Below, one piece after another: positions 1 to 7,905 of a DNA stretch of 64,000 nucleotides (position 1 is the first letter of the stretch; the number at the start of each line of letters is the position of its first letter). The notes under the pieces were generated by a model. It searched no databases. It was not told the origin of the DNA and was given only the letters and a program-made list of their open reading frames with translations. The translations under genes were made by a program, and so were the position numbers. The stretch lies in contig JBCCHT010000006.1 in the NCBI GenBank assembly GCA_039028615.1, positions 64,001 to 128,000 on the forward strand, read 5' to 3'. This DNA is from Myxococcota bacterium (lineage in GTDB: Bacteria > Myxococcota_A > Polyangia > Nannocystales > Nannocystaceae).

Positions 1-1172
1 GCCTCGGTCAAGCCCGCCTTGCGGAGCACGGCCGGATCGAGCGCATCCCCCACCACGTCGACCCCCGCGACGTCGCGGCGATCGACCACCACCGTCTTTT
101 CGCCGGCGTCGTGCAGGAACTCGACGACCTTGCGACCGACCTCGCCGTAGCCGGCGACCAGGAACGGACCTTCGGCGGCGATGGGCTTGGCCAGCTCGCC
201 GAGCCGCGCCAGGGCTTCTTCGCTGCCGACGCCCATGAGGATCGCCCCCGCCTGCAGAGGAACGGAGCCGGGGACGTGGGCCTTGAACTCCCCGCCGTGC
301 CAGCGCCCGATGATCGACACGCCCGTGCGACGACGGATGTCCGCCTGCGCGATGGTCAGCCCCTCGAGCGCGCTGTCGCGGTGGACCCGGACCTCGCCCG
401 TGCGCAGCCGCCCCCCGAGGTGCTGGATGCCGGTGAGGCGCCCCGCGACCCGACCGTGGGCGAGGCCCGCGAGCGCGGCCGCCTGCACGTGCCGCGGCGT
501 GTACACGGCCGTCGCCCCCTGCAGCAGCATGGGACGACGATGCAGGGGCTCGTCGACGAGCGCGATGAGTTCGCCCTTGAAGCCCAGCTGAACCGCGGCG
601 AGCACCAGCGCCCCGTTGGCGGGGTCGGTGCCGTTGGCGATGACCGCCCGCGCGCGATGGAACAGCTCGGGCTCGAGCTCGTCGTCCTCGACCACGCCGT
701 AGATCACCACTCGGCCGCGGTCTCGGAGTCGGCGAGCGAGCGCCTCGTCTTCTTCGTAGACCACGACCGGGACCTTGGCGCGGTCGAGCTCACCGAGCAG
801 CGAGTCGACGGCCGGGCTCCAGCGATACACGAGCACGTAGTCACGCTCTTCGGGCACGCCCCGCGGCAGCCGCCCCTCGAAGCGATGCTCGAAGTAGGGC
901 ATGACCAGCAGTGGGAAGACCAAGAACGCCAGCGACATGCCCATGAACTGGCACACCACGACGAACGCGATCATCACCGGGTGCTCCCAGTGGTTGTCGC
1001 CGCCGTACCCGGTGGAGGTCAGGGTCTCCGCCGCCCACGCGAACGCGTGCGCGAACGATCGCTGCTGCCCCTCGAGGTGCTCCATGCCCAGCATGTAGAG
1101 CAGGGCCAACACCACCAGCACGCCCGGCAGGGCGGCCAGCAGCATGAGCACGCGACGGAGGGAGGTCGTCAT
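1..1172 (-). CDS. Potassium channel protein with TrkA-N/TrkA-C (RCK) domains; C-terminus runs off the window
   Basis: Absent from the ORF track; translated by hand from ATG 1172: MTTSLRRVLMLLAALPGVLVVLALLYMLGMEHLEG...AAETLTSTGYGGDNHW (pore helix and GYG filter), a second TM helix, then RCK motifs including FLVAGYGEVGRKV and VVGDALDPAVLRKAG. Confidence 0.88.
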   Translation of the reverse strand, partial: MTTSLRRVLMLLAALPGVLVVLALLYMLGMEHLEGQQRSFAHAFAWAAETLTSTGYGGDNHWEHPVMIAFVVVCQFMGMSLAFLVFPLLVMPYFEHRFEGRLPRGVPEERDYVLVYRWSPAVDSLLGELDRAKVPVVVYEEDEALARRLRDRGRVVIYGVVEDDELEPELFHRARAVIANGTDPANGALVLAAVQLGFKGELIALVDEPLHRRPMLLQGATAVYTPRHVQAAALAGLAHGRVAGRLTGIQHLGGRLRTGEVRVHRDSALEGLTIAQADIRRRTGVSIIGRWHGGEFKAHVPGSVPLQAGAILMGVGSEEALARLGELAKPIAAEGPFLVAGYGEVGRKVVEFLHDAGEKTVVVDRRDVAGVDVVGDALDPAVLRKAGLTE

Positions 1173-1209
1173 CGAGGCGCACAGTGTAGACCCGAGCCCG
1201 GCTGATCGT

Positions 1210-3090
1210 TCAACCGGTGCTGCTGTTCAATAGGGCGGCCACGATTCCCATGAGGGATTCGCCCGCGATGAGGCCCGCAGCCACGGGAACGGCCAGCGCA
1301 GCCAAGGCCTGCGGTCGACGTCGGGCGATCGCCCAGGCCACCAGGCCCCCCACGAAGAACGACAGGGCATTGGAGGCGGGCAGCACGAAGGCCAAGCCCA
1401 GGCCGGTCGCGCTGGGCAGCCACGGGCGCCAGGCAGGCCGCCCGTGCTCGAGCAGGGCCAAGATCACCGCGACCGCGGCTGCGATCACGGCGGCCCACAG
1501 CGCAGACGCCGGGATGCTCGACAGGCCCTGCCCGACCACCGTGCTCACCGACGCCCACACCCGAGCCGCGGGGGCGGGCCACGCTGCGCTCCCCAGGGCA
1601 GACGCATCGGGCACCAGCACGTAGCGATAGATCGGCACCACCACCGCCACGCCCACCACCACGCCGACCGCCTGGGCGAGGAACTGACGGCGCGGGTGAG
1701 CGCCCAGCAACGATCCGCTCTTGAGATCGGTCAGCAGATCGGCCGCGCTCGCGGCTGCCCCCGCGCTGACGGTGGCGATCATGAGGTTGGGCGCGGGGCG
1801 GCCGGGGATCATCACGCCGCCCGCGAGCTGAGCCACCTTGCCCAGCGGGCCCATGGGAGTGATGTCGGTCTCCCCCGTCACGCGGGCGGCCACCGTGGCC
1901 AGCACCACCGCCAGCACCACCGCCAGCACGGCCACCACCACGGGAATGTCGAACAGCACCACCTGCAGCACGATGCAGCCGAGCGCCGCGGCCCCGCCCC
2001 CGTAGCCGACCCACGAGGGCGGCACCTCGAGGTCGGCCACCGGATCGGCCTCGCGATCGCGCTCGGGCGTCGCCCGGCGAAAAATGCCCAGGCCTCGCGC
2101 GACGCTGCGCCACCGGGGCGCGAGCGCGGACAGCCCGGCGATCATCATGAGGGTGGCCCCGGGCCACACGCTCCAGGCGACGACATTGCGATAGCCAGGG
2201 CCCGCGACGAGGCCCTCTTCGAGCAGCCGCGGCGCGATCAACCCGAAGCAGACCAGGGCCCCCAGCCCGATGCTCCAGCCGACACGCCACCCCACCAAGA
2301 TGCCCGCCGCGGGCAAGAGCAGAGACACCTCGAGGGCCCAGCCGTAGGCGACGAGGGCTCCCAGCGCAGGCACGGCCTCGACCATCGCCTCGGTGGGTAG
2401 GCTCGACGGCAACGCGAGCCACGACGGCGTCCCGAGCGAGCCGGACAGCAGCGGCAGGACCGAGGTCAGCCCCTGCAGGCCCACGCCGATGGCCAGGGCG
2501 ATCATCAACGCCCGCGCCTGCCGACGGCCCTCGCCTCCGTCCGAATGCAGCGTTCGCAGGGTCTCGGCCGCGGCCGCCCCCGACGGGAAGGGCAGCTGCT
2601 CGGCGTTGATCAGCATGCGCTTGAGCGGCACCGCAATGAACAAGCCCAACATGCTGATCGACAGGATCCACGCCATGAGCTGCCACAGCGGCAGGTGGTG
2701 CCCCGTGATCATGAGGTGGGCGGCCATGGCCGAGACCAGCGTGGTGCCGGTGGAGTAGCCCGCCGCCGAGGCGGTCGAGGCCATGGCGTTGGTCTCGAGC
2801 ACCGTCGCCTCGCGCCGCGAGATCCCCGTTCGCACCGCGAGTCGCCACGCGGCCCAGCCCACGATGCTCGCGGTGATGACCACGCCGAGGCTCCAGCCGA
2901 TCTTGAGCCCCACGTACAGGTTGGACAGCCCGGTCACCGCCCCCAGCACCGCGCCCATGGCCAGGGCCCGCGCGGTGAGCTGCGGGACCCGGTCGCCCTG
3001 ATACACCCGCTGCCTCCACGCGCGGTCGATCGCCTCGGGACCATGGGTCTCGAGCGTGGGCAGGGGCGCCGAGGGCTCGGGCGCGGGCAC
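1210..3090 (-). CDS. OPT family oligopeptide transporter
   Basis: 626 aa polytopic membrane protein with OPT motifs QLTARAL, NLYVGLKIGW, LPFPSGAAAAETL, DLLTDLKSGSLLGAHPRRQFLAQ, AAGLIAGESL. Confidence 0.92.
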   Translation of the reverse strand: MPAPEPSAPLPTLETHGPEAIDRAWRQRVYQGDRVPQLTARALAMGAVLGAVTGLSNLYVGLKIGWSLGVVITASIVGWAAWRLAVRTGISRREATVLETNAMASTASAAGYSTGTTLVSAMAAHLMITGHHLPLWQLMAWILSISMLGLFIAVPLKRMLINAEQLPFPSGAAAAETLRTLHSDGGEGRRQARALMIALAIGVGLQGLTSVLPLLSGSLGTPSWLALPSSLPTEAMVEAVPALGALVAYGWALEVSLLLPAAGILVGWRVGWSIGLGALVCFGLIAPRLLEEGLVAGPGYRNVVAWSVWPGATLMMIAGLSALAPRWRSVARGLGIFRRATPERDREADPVADLEVPPSWVGYGGGAAALGCIVLQVVLFDIPVVVAVLAVVLAVVLATVAARVTGETDITPMGPLGKVAQLAGGVMIPGRPAPNLMIATVSAGAAASAADLLTDLKSGSLLGAHPRRQFLAQAVGVVVGVAVVVPIYRYVLVPDASALGSAAWPAPAARVWASVSTVVGQGLSSIPASALWAAVIAAAVAVILALLEHGRPAWRPWLPSATGLGLAFVLPASNALSFFVGGLVAWAIARRRPQALAALAVPVAAGLIAGESLMGIVAALLNSSTG

Positions 3091-3140
3091 ACCCGATGAT
3101 ACCGACGAAGACGGCGCCTGGCCGCGCTACCATCGATGAA

Positions 3141-4187
3141 GTGCCGGGCTGGACCTCGAATCGGGCGTGCTGGCAGCTGGTGACGCTCCTGCTGCTCGGC
3201 TGCGGCTCTCGAACGACGACGCCTGTCGGGGAGACGCCTCGGGCTGCGCCCGCCCCCGAGCCTGCGATGGTGACGACACCGACCTCACCATCCGCAACCT
3301 CGCCGCCCGCCGAGCCTCACCGAGTGCAGTCGTTGCAGATCGTGGTGCTGTCGACCTCGGTCGCCCCGCAGGGCGTCTCGGAGTGGGGATTCGCCGCGCT
3401 GGTGGAGGCGGATGGCCATCGCATCCTGTTCGACACGGGTGCGCGCCCAGACACGGTGAAGCGCAATGCGAAGACGCTCGGCATCGACCTGGCCACCGTG
3501 CCCACCGTCGTGCTCAGCCATCATCATGACGATCACGTGGGTGGCTTGTTGACGCTGCGGCAGTCGGTCCTGCCCACGCATCCCGACGCGCTGGCCACGG
3601 TGCATGTCGGCCGGGGGATCTTCGAGCCGCGGCGTTACGGCGCCAAGACCCACGAAGTCAACGACATGCTCACCATTCGGCCCGCGTTCGAGGCCACGGG
3701 CGGCCGCTTCGTCGAGCACGCCGAGCCCGCGATGCTCGTGCCCGGCGTGTGGGTCACGGGGCCCGTGCCGCGCGTGCACCCGGAGCGCAACTACAGCGGT
3801 GCTCGCCGGCTCCCGGGCGGTGATGGTTGGATCGAAGACACGCTGCCCGAGAGCCAGTCGCTGGTCATCGAGACCACCGAGGGCCTGGTGTTGCTTTCGG
3901 GGTGCGGGCATGCGGGGATCGTCAACACCGTGACCCATGCGCGAGACGCCGTCTCGTCCGCCCCGCTGCACGCGGCCGTCGGCGGCTTCCACCTGCATCG
4001 GGCCAAGCCCGAGCACCTGCGGTGGACGGCCGCCGCGTTGCGTGAAGCGGGCCTCGACGTATTCGCGGGAGCCCACTGCACGGGCCGACGGGCGATCGAA
4101 CGCGTGGGCCGAGCCCCTGGCGTCGCCTCGTCGGTGGAGCTCGGGGTCGGCGAGGCCTTTGTGCTCGGCGCCGATGAAGCCGGCTGA
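3141..4187 (+). CDS. Metallo-beta-lactamase-fold hydrolase, predicted lipoprotein
   Basis: ILFDTG, SHHHDDH (HxHxDH), SGCGHAG, GGFHL and HCTG motifs; lipobox LLGC. GTG 3141 preferred (track start 3096). Confidence 0.85.
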   Translation: MPGWTSNRACWQLVTLLLLGCGSRTTTPVGETPRAAPAPEPAMVTTPTSPSATSPPAEPHRVQSLQIVVLSTSVAPQGVSEWGFAALVEADGHRILFDTGARPDTVKRNAKTLGIDLATVPTVVLSHHHDDHVGGLLTLRQSVLPTHPDALATVHVGRGIFEPRRYGAKTHEVNDMLTIRPAFEATGGRFVEHAEPAMLVPGVWVTGPVPRVHPERNYSGARRLPGGDGWIEDTLPESQSLVIETTEGLVLLSGCGHAGIVNTVTHARDAVSSAPLHAAVGGFHLHRAKPEHLRWTAAALREAGLDVFAGAHCTGRRAIERVGRAPGVASSVELGVGEAFVLGADEAG

Positions 4188-4391
4188 ACTCGATCTGTAT
4201 CCGCGGTAACGAGTCGCACCGCAACCGCTGCTCGCCCTTCGCCGTCGAGACGAGAGTCTGAACAAGGTCGGCCGACTCGGGTGACTCCCAATTGTCGGCA
4301 GGCATGGGTGTCCGCGGACGTCCGTCATTCATCACGTGACAGACGTCGGACGGCGACGACCCGTGATGCACGAGCGAAGGGACGAGGAGCG

Positions 4392-6011
4392 ATGAACCAG
4401 ATGAATGAAACGACCGCCATTGGGAACAACCGCCGCCCAGGATCGACGTCCTGGAAGATCCGAGTCGGCTTCGGCGCCACGCTATGCGCCCTCGTCGGCG
4501 CCTGTGACCCCGGTGTCGCTCCGATCGAGACGGACGTCGACGGCACCTTCCGGGCAAAAACGACGGCGAATGCCCTGGTCGTGTCCTCGGACGTCATGAC
4601 CGCGATCAAGGAGTGGGAGCTGAGCGACCGGGATATGACCCTGGCCGAGCACCTCGAGGCCAAGGCCCGCTTTCGAACGACCACCGATGCCTCGCTGACC
4701 GCGGCCGTGAGCGCCCTGTCGGCCCCGGACACCTGCACCGCGTTCATCTCCGAACCCGATTTCAGCGGCGTGCACCGCATCGACGATCAGTCCAACGACA
4801 ACTGGCGGGCCTGGAGCGAGGGAGTCTCGTTCATGGCCGACGTCAACCTCGACTACGACAACGTCTCCGACGACGACACCGTCATCGACTCGTTCGGCGC
4901 CCAGAACAAGGTCAAGTTCGAGATCTTCACCGAGTGTCCGGACGAAACCGCGAACATCGTGCCCAAGCTCGCGCTGCACTCGTCGTACTTCGGGCGAGTG
5001 TCCGTGCGCAGCTCCGCGTCGACCCGCTTCGCCGGCTCGGCCGAGGCCACCGCACGACTCCAGGGCGTCACTGCTACCCGCGTCACCGAGTTCGACAGCG
5101 GCGATGTGCTCACGGTACTGGCCGCCAACTCCCTCCAACTTCAGTCTTCGAGCAAGGCCCAGTCACAAGATTGGCAGCAGGAGCTACTGCTCGAGATCGT
5201 GGACATCGCTCGCGACTACGCCAAAATCACCGTCGATACGAGCGAAGAGGCCGTCACCGCCTTCGGTCCCAAGAAAGTCGCGAAAAACGGCACGGCCGAT
5301 GCCGACACCATCATTGCCGATGCGGCGAGCGCTGCGAAGACCTTCCTCAACGGCATCGTCCAGGACCAGAGTCAGTCCAACTTTCACAAGACCACCGACC
5401 TGTTCGCGGAGAAGGAACTCGGCCGAGTTCTCGACGACTCGGGGCAGCCGCTGGCCATCGGCAAGACCTACATCGTCACGATGCACTCGGAGTACAGCAT
5501 CGAGACGAACGCCAAGACCCATCACAAGGCCGCGGGGTGGCCGAGGCACTCTCGTCAGCACGCCCACGCCGGGGTGCAAGTAATCGACGACTTCTTGTTG
5601 GCGGGCGTGGTCGGTTTCGAGGATTCGAACCACGCCTACCGCGTCCCGGGCACGGAGGAGGCAGCCTTCTTCGTGGCGGGCACCAAGCCCTCTCACCCCA
5701 ACCTCTTCATCGACCTCGAAGAAGTGCCCGATCCCCTCGACGAGCCCGGCCCCGACGACGAAGACATACACCTGACCGGGCTGAGCAGCGACCGCAACTT
5801 CGCCGAGCTTGCCAACGATGCGCGCTCGTTCTTCTCCGCGGTGTGGCCGACGGGCGGCGATCTCCACGACCAAGTCTTCGCCCGGCTCGAGCTCATGGCC
5901 GATCGCGACGCGACGAACTACAAGACATCGGATATCGGCAAGACCGACGGAGTCAACGTGGTCGCGGAGACCCTCACCGGGATCAACACGCCCTGCATCC
6001 GCACCGAGTAG
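4392..6011 (+). CDS. Hypothetical secreted protein/lipoprotein of unknown family
   Basis: GAGGAG RBS just before ATG 4392; signal peptide ending LVGAC; globular, protein-like composition; no family recognised. Confidence 0.75.
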   Translation: MNQMNETTAIGNNRRPGSTSWKIRVGFGATLCALVGACDPGVAPIETDVDGTFRAKTTANALVVSSDVMTAIKEWELSDRDMTLAEHLEAKARFRTTTDASLTAAVSALSAPDTCTAFISEPDFSGVHRIDDQSNDNWRAWSEGVSFMADVNLDYDNVSDDDTVIDSFGAQNKVKFEIFTECPDETANIVPKLALHSSYFGRVSVRSSASTRFAGSAEATARLQGVTATRVTEFDSGDVLTVLAANSLQLQSSSKAQSQDWQQELLLEIVDIARDYAKITVDTSEEAVTAFGPKKVAKNGTADADTIIADAASAAKTFLNGIVQDQSQSNFHKTTDLFAEKELGRVLDDSGQPLAIGKTYIVTMHSEYSIETNAKTHHKAAGWPRHSRQHAHAGVQVIDDFLLAGVVGFEDSNHAYRVPGTEEAAFFVAGTKPSHPNLFIDLEEVPDPLDEPGPDDEDIHLTGLSSDRNFAELANDARSFFSAVWPTGGDLHDQVFARLELMADRDATNYKTSDIGKTDGVNVVAETLTGINTPCIRTE

Positions 6012-6012
6012 C

Positions 6013-7320
6013 TCAACCCGGGGGTGGCTCGTCGAGCCACCCCTGCCCCGTCTCGGCGATCGTGCGCGCCCACGGGAGCAACGACTCGGGCCAGTCTTCT
6101 TCGACGATCTCGAAGCGGGCATGGTCGAAGGGCTCGCCCGTCGCCGGCTGCACTCGCACCAGTCGCTCACGCCGGCCGCGGGTCATCAGATCGAGCGCAC
6201 GGTGGTGACACACGGGGTTGTTGCCCCGCCGCCCCGACAACACGTGACTCGTCCACGTGCAGCCGGCCTTGCAGACGTCGGCGTAGTAGCAGCTCGCGCA
6301 GTAGCCCCACAGGTCCTCGGTCTTGCGCCCTCGAGTGAAGCGCAGCGCCTTCGACCGCTCCCACACCGCCTGCAGACCGTGCTCGCGGACGTTGCCGCCG
6401 ACATAGGCATCGGTGGGCAAGGACGGGCAGCCCTTGATGTCGCCGTTGGCCTCGAGGCCCAGCGTGTCGCGCCCCGCCCCGCAGCCCGTACCGTGCCCCC
6501 GCGGCATGTGCCGACGAAAACGCCCCTCGTAGGGCCCGAAGTAGCCGACGTTGGTGCCCGGCCATAGCCGCACGCCGACCTGTTCGGTGCGCTCCTGCAG
6601 GCGCATCACCATCGGCATGACCTCGACCATCTGATAGGGCTGCAGCAGCAGGTCCGGCTCGTCGGCGGCGCGCCCCATGGCCACCGTGATCTGCACCTGC
6701 CACGAGTGGATCCCCAGCGGGTGCAACAGCTCGAAGAGCGGCTCGATCTGCTTGCGGTTGGGCTGACAGATCTGGGTGTTGACCGAGATCGGCATGCCCA
6801 CCGCATGAAGGTGCTCGAGCGCGCCGACGGCCGCGCGATGGCTGCCCTCGACCGCTCGCAGCTGGTCGTGGGTGTGTTCGAGACCATCGATGGAGACGGA
6901 GACCGTACCGATGCCGGCATCTTTGGCCCGCTGAGCCCGCTCGCGGGTGATCCCCCGCCCTCCCGTCGTCATGCCGCACTCGATGCCCGCGCCGACCAAG
7001 GCCGCCGCGATCCGATCCCAGTCGTCGCGCAGGTAGGCCTCGCCTCCGATGAGCGAGACCTCGCGGACCCCCAGATCGGCCATCTGCCGCACCATGTCGA
7101 GGGCTTCGTCCGTACTCAGCTCGTCGGGCCGAGCGTGACCCGCCCGCGACCCGCAGTGACGGCACGCGAGATCGCAACGCAGGGTGATCTCCCAGACCGC
7201 GTAGATCGGCCGCACCGAGTCGATGGGCCGCACCTCGTCGGCGAGCGGTAGGTGGGTCCGCGATGGCTTGGCGCGCGGAGCGATGGGCAGAGACCGCGGC
7301 CGAGGACCGAGTTCACTCAC
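6013..7320 (-). CDS. Radical SAM/SPASM peptide/protein maturase, PlpX (splicease)/TIGR03913-like
   Basis: VWEITLRCDLACRHCGSRAG (CxxxCxxC), IGGEAYLR, SVSIDG; SPASM region GCGAG...GLEANGDIKGCPSL...LWGYCASCYYADVCKAGC...GNNPVCHHRAL. Confidence 0.92.
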   Translation of the reverse strand: MSELGPRPRSLPIAPRAKPSRTHLPLADEVRPIDSVRPIYAVWEITLRCDLACRHCGSRAGHARPDELSTDEALDMVRQMADLGVREVSLIGGEAYLRDDWDRIAAALVGAGIECGMTTGGRGITRERAQRAKDAGIGTVSVSIDGLEHTHDQLRAVEGSHRAAVGALEHLHAVGMPISVNTQICQPNRKQIEPLFELLHPLGIHSWQVQITVAMGRAADEPDLLLQPYQMVEVMPMVMRLQERTEQVGVRLWPGTNVGYFGPYEGRFRRHMPRGHGTGCGAGRDTLGLEANGDIKGCPSLPTDAYVGGNVREHGLQAVWERSKALRFTRGRKTEDLWGYCASCYYADVCKAGCTWTSHVLSGRRGNNPVCHHRALDLMTRGRRERLVRVQPATGEPFDHARFEIVEEDWPESLLPWARTIAETGQGWLDEPPPG

Positions 7321-7323
7321 CGG

Positions 7324-7848
7324 TCAGCCACCCGCGCCGGGTTTGGGCTTCGGCTCGGGTTTGGGCTTCGGCCGCGGCGCACCGCCGTACTTGGGCGCGG
7401 GGCGAGGCCGCTCTTCTTTGCCGGGCACGTCGACCTTTCGGGGCGGACCACCGTACTTGGTGGCGATGGGCCGCTCTTCGACCTCGGCGGGCGGCTTGTC
7501 GGCGACCTCTCCTCCATCGGCAGGCTCGCTCGGCTGCTTGGGTTGCTCGGGCGCCACCGCGTCGGGCGTGGCCGGCTCCTCGGGCTTGTCGGGCTCGGGC
7601 TTCGCCTCGGGCTTGGCTCCGCCATCGGCCTTGGCCGGCGTCTCGACCTTGGCCTTGTCGTCGGCCTTGCCGTCTGCTTTGGCCTTGCCGTCGTCACAGG
7701 CCGACAGCAGCATCAGCGGCAGGGCCAGCACCAGCGCTCGCGCCAGCACGGGGGCCGACGTGGTCGAGGACCGCCCACAAAACGGGCAGTGCTCGTCTTC
7801 GATTCGCACGTGACGCGTGCACCCCGGGCACTCGACCAGCTGGCTCAT
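7324..7848 (-). CDS. Putative rSAM substrate: N-terminal Zn-ribbon, lipoprotein signal, P/E/K linker, two KYGG motifs
   Basis: CPGC-x10-CPFC, hydrophobic stretch ending LSAC, then IATKYGGPP and PAPKYGGAP; stop lies 3 nt upstream of the rSAM GTG. Confidence 0.8.
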   Translation of the reverse strand: MSQLVECPGCTRHVRIEDEHCPFCGRSSTTSAPVLARALVLALPLMLLSACDDGKAKADGKADDKAKVETPAKADGGAKPEAKPEPDKPEEPATPDAVAPEQPKQPSEPADGGEVADKPPAEVEERPIATKYGGPPRKVDVPGKEERPRPAPKYGGAPRPKPKPEPKPKPGAGG

Positions 7849-7905
7849 GACCGGAATGCTACCGCGATTTTCGGCCGGATGCGGGAAAATCCCGCCGTCC
7901 TCGGC

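Noticed and set aside
841..1182. 113-aa minus-strand ORF in the track
   Set aside because: Wrong frame; the real gene is the K+ channel starting at 1172.
3141..4187. Antibiotic-resistance beta-lactamase
   Set aside because: The motif set (GCGH, GGFHL, HCTG) fits a non-lactamase MBL-fold subgroup.
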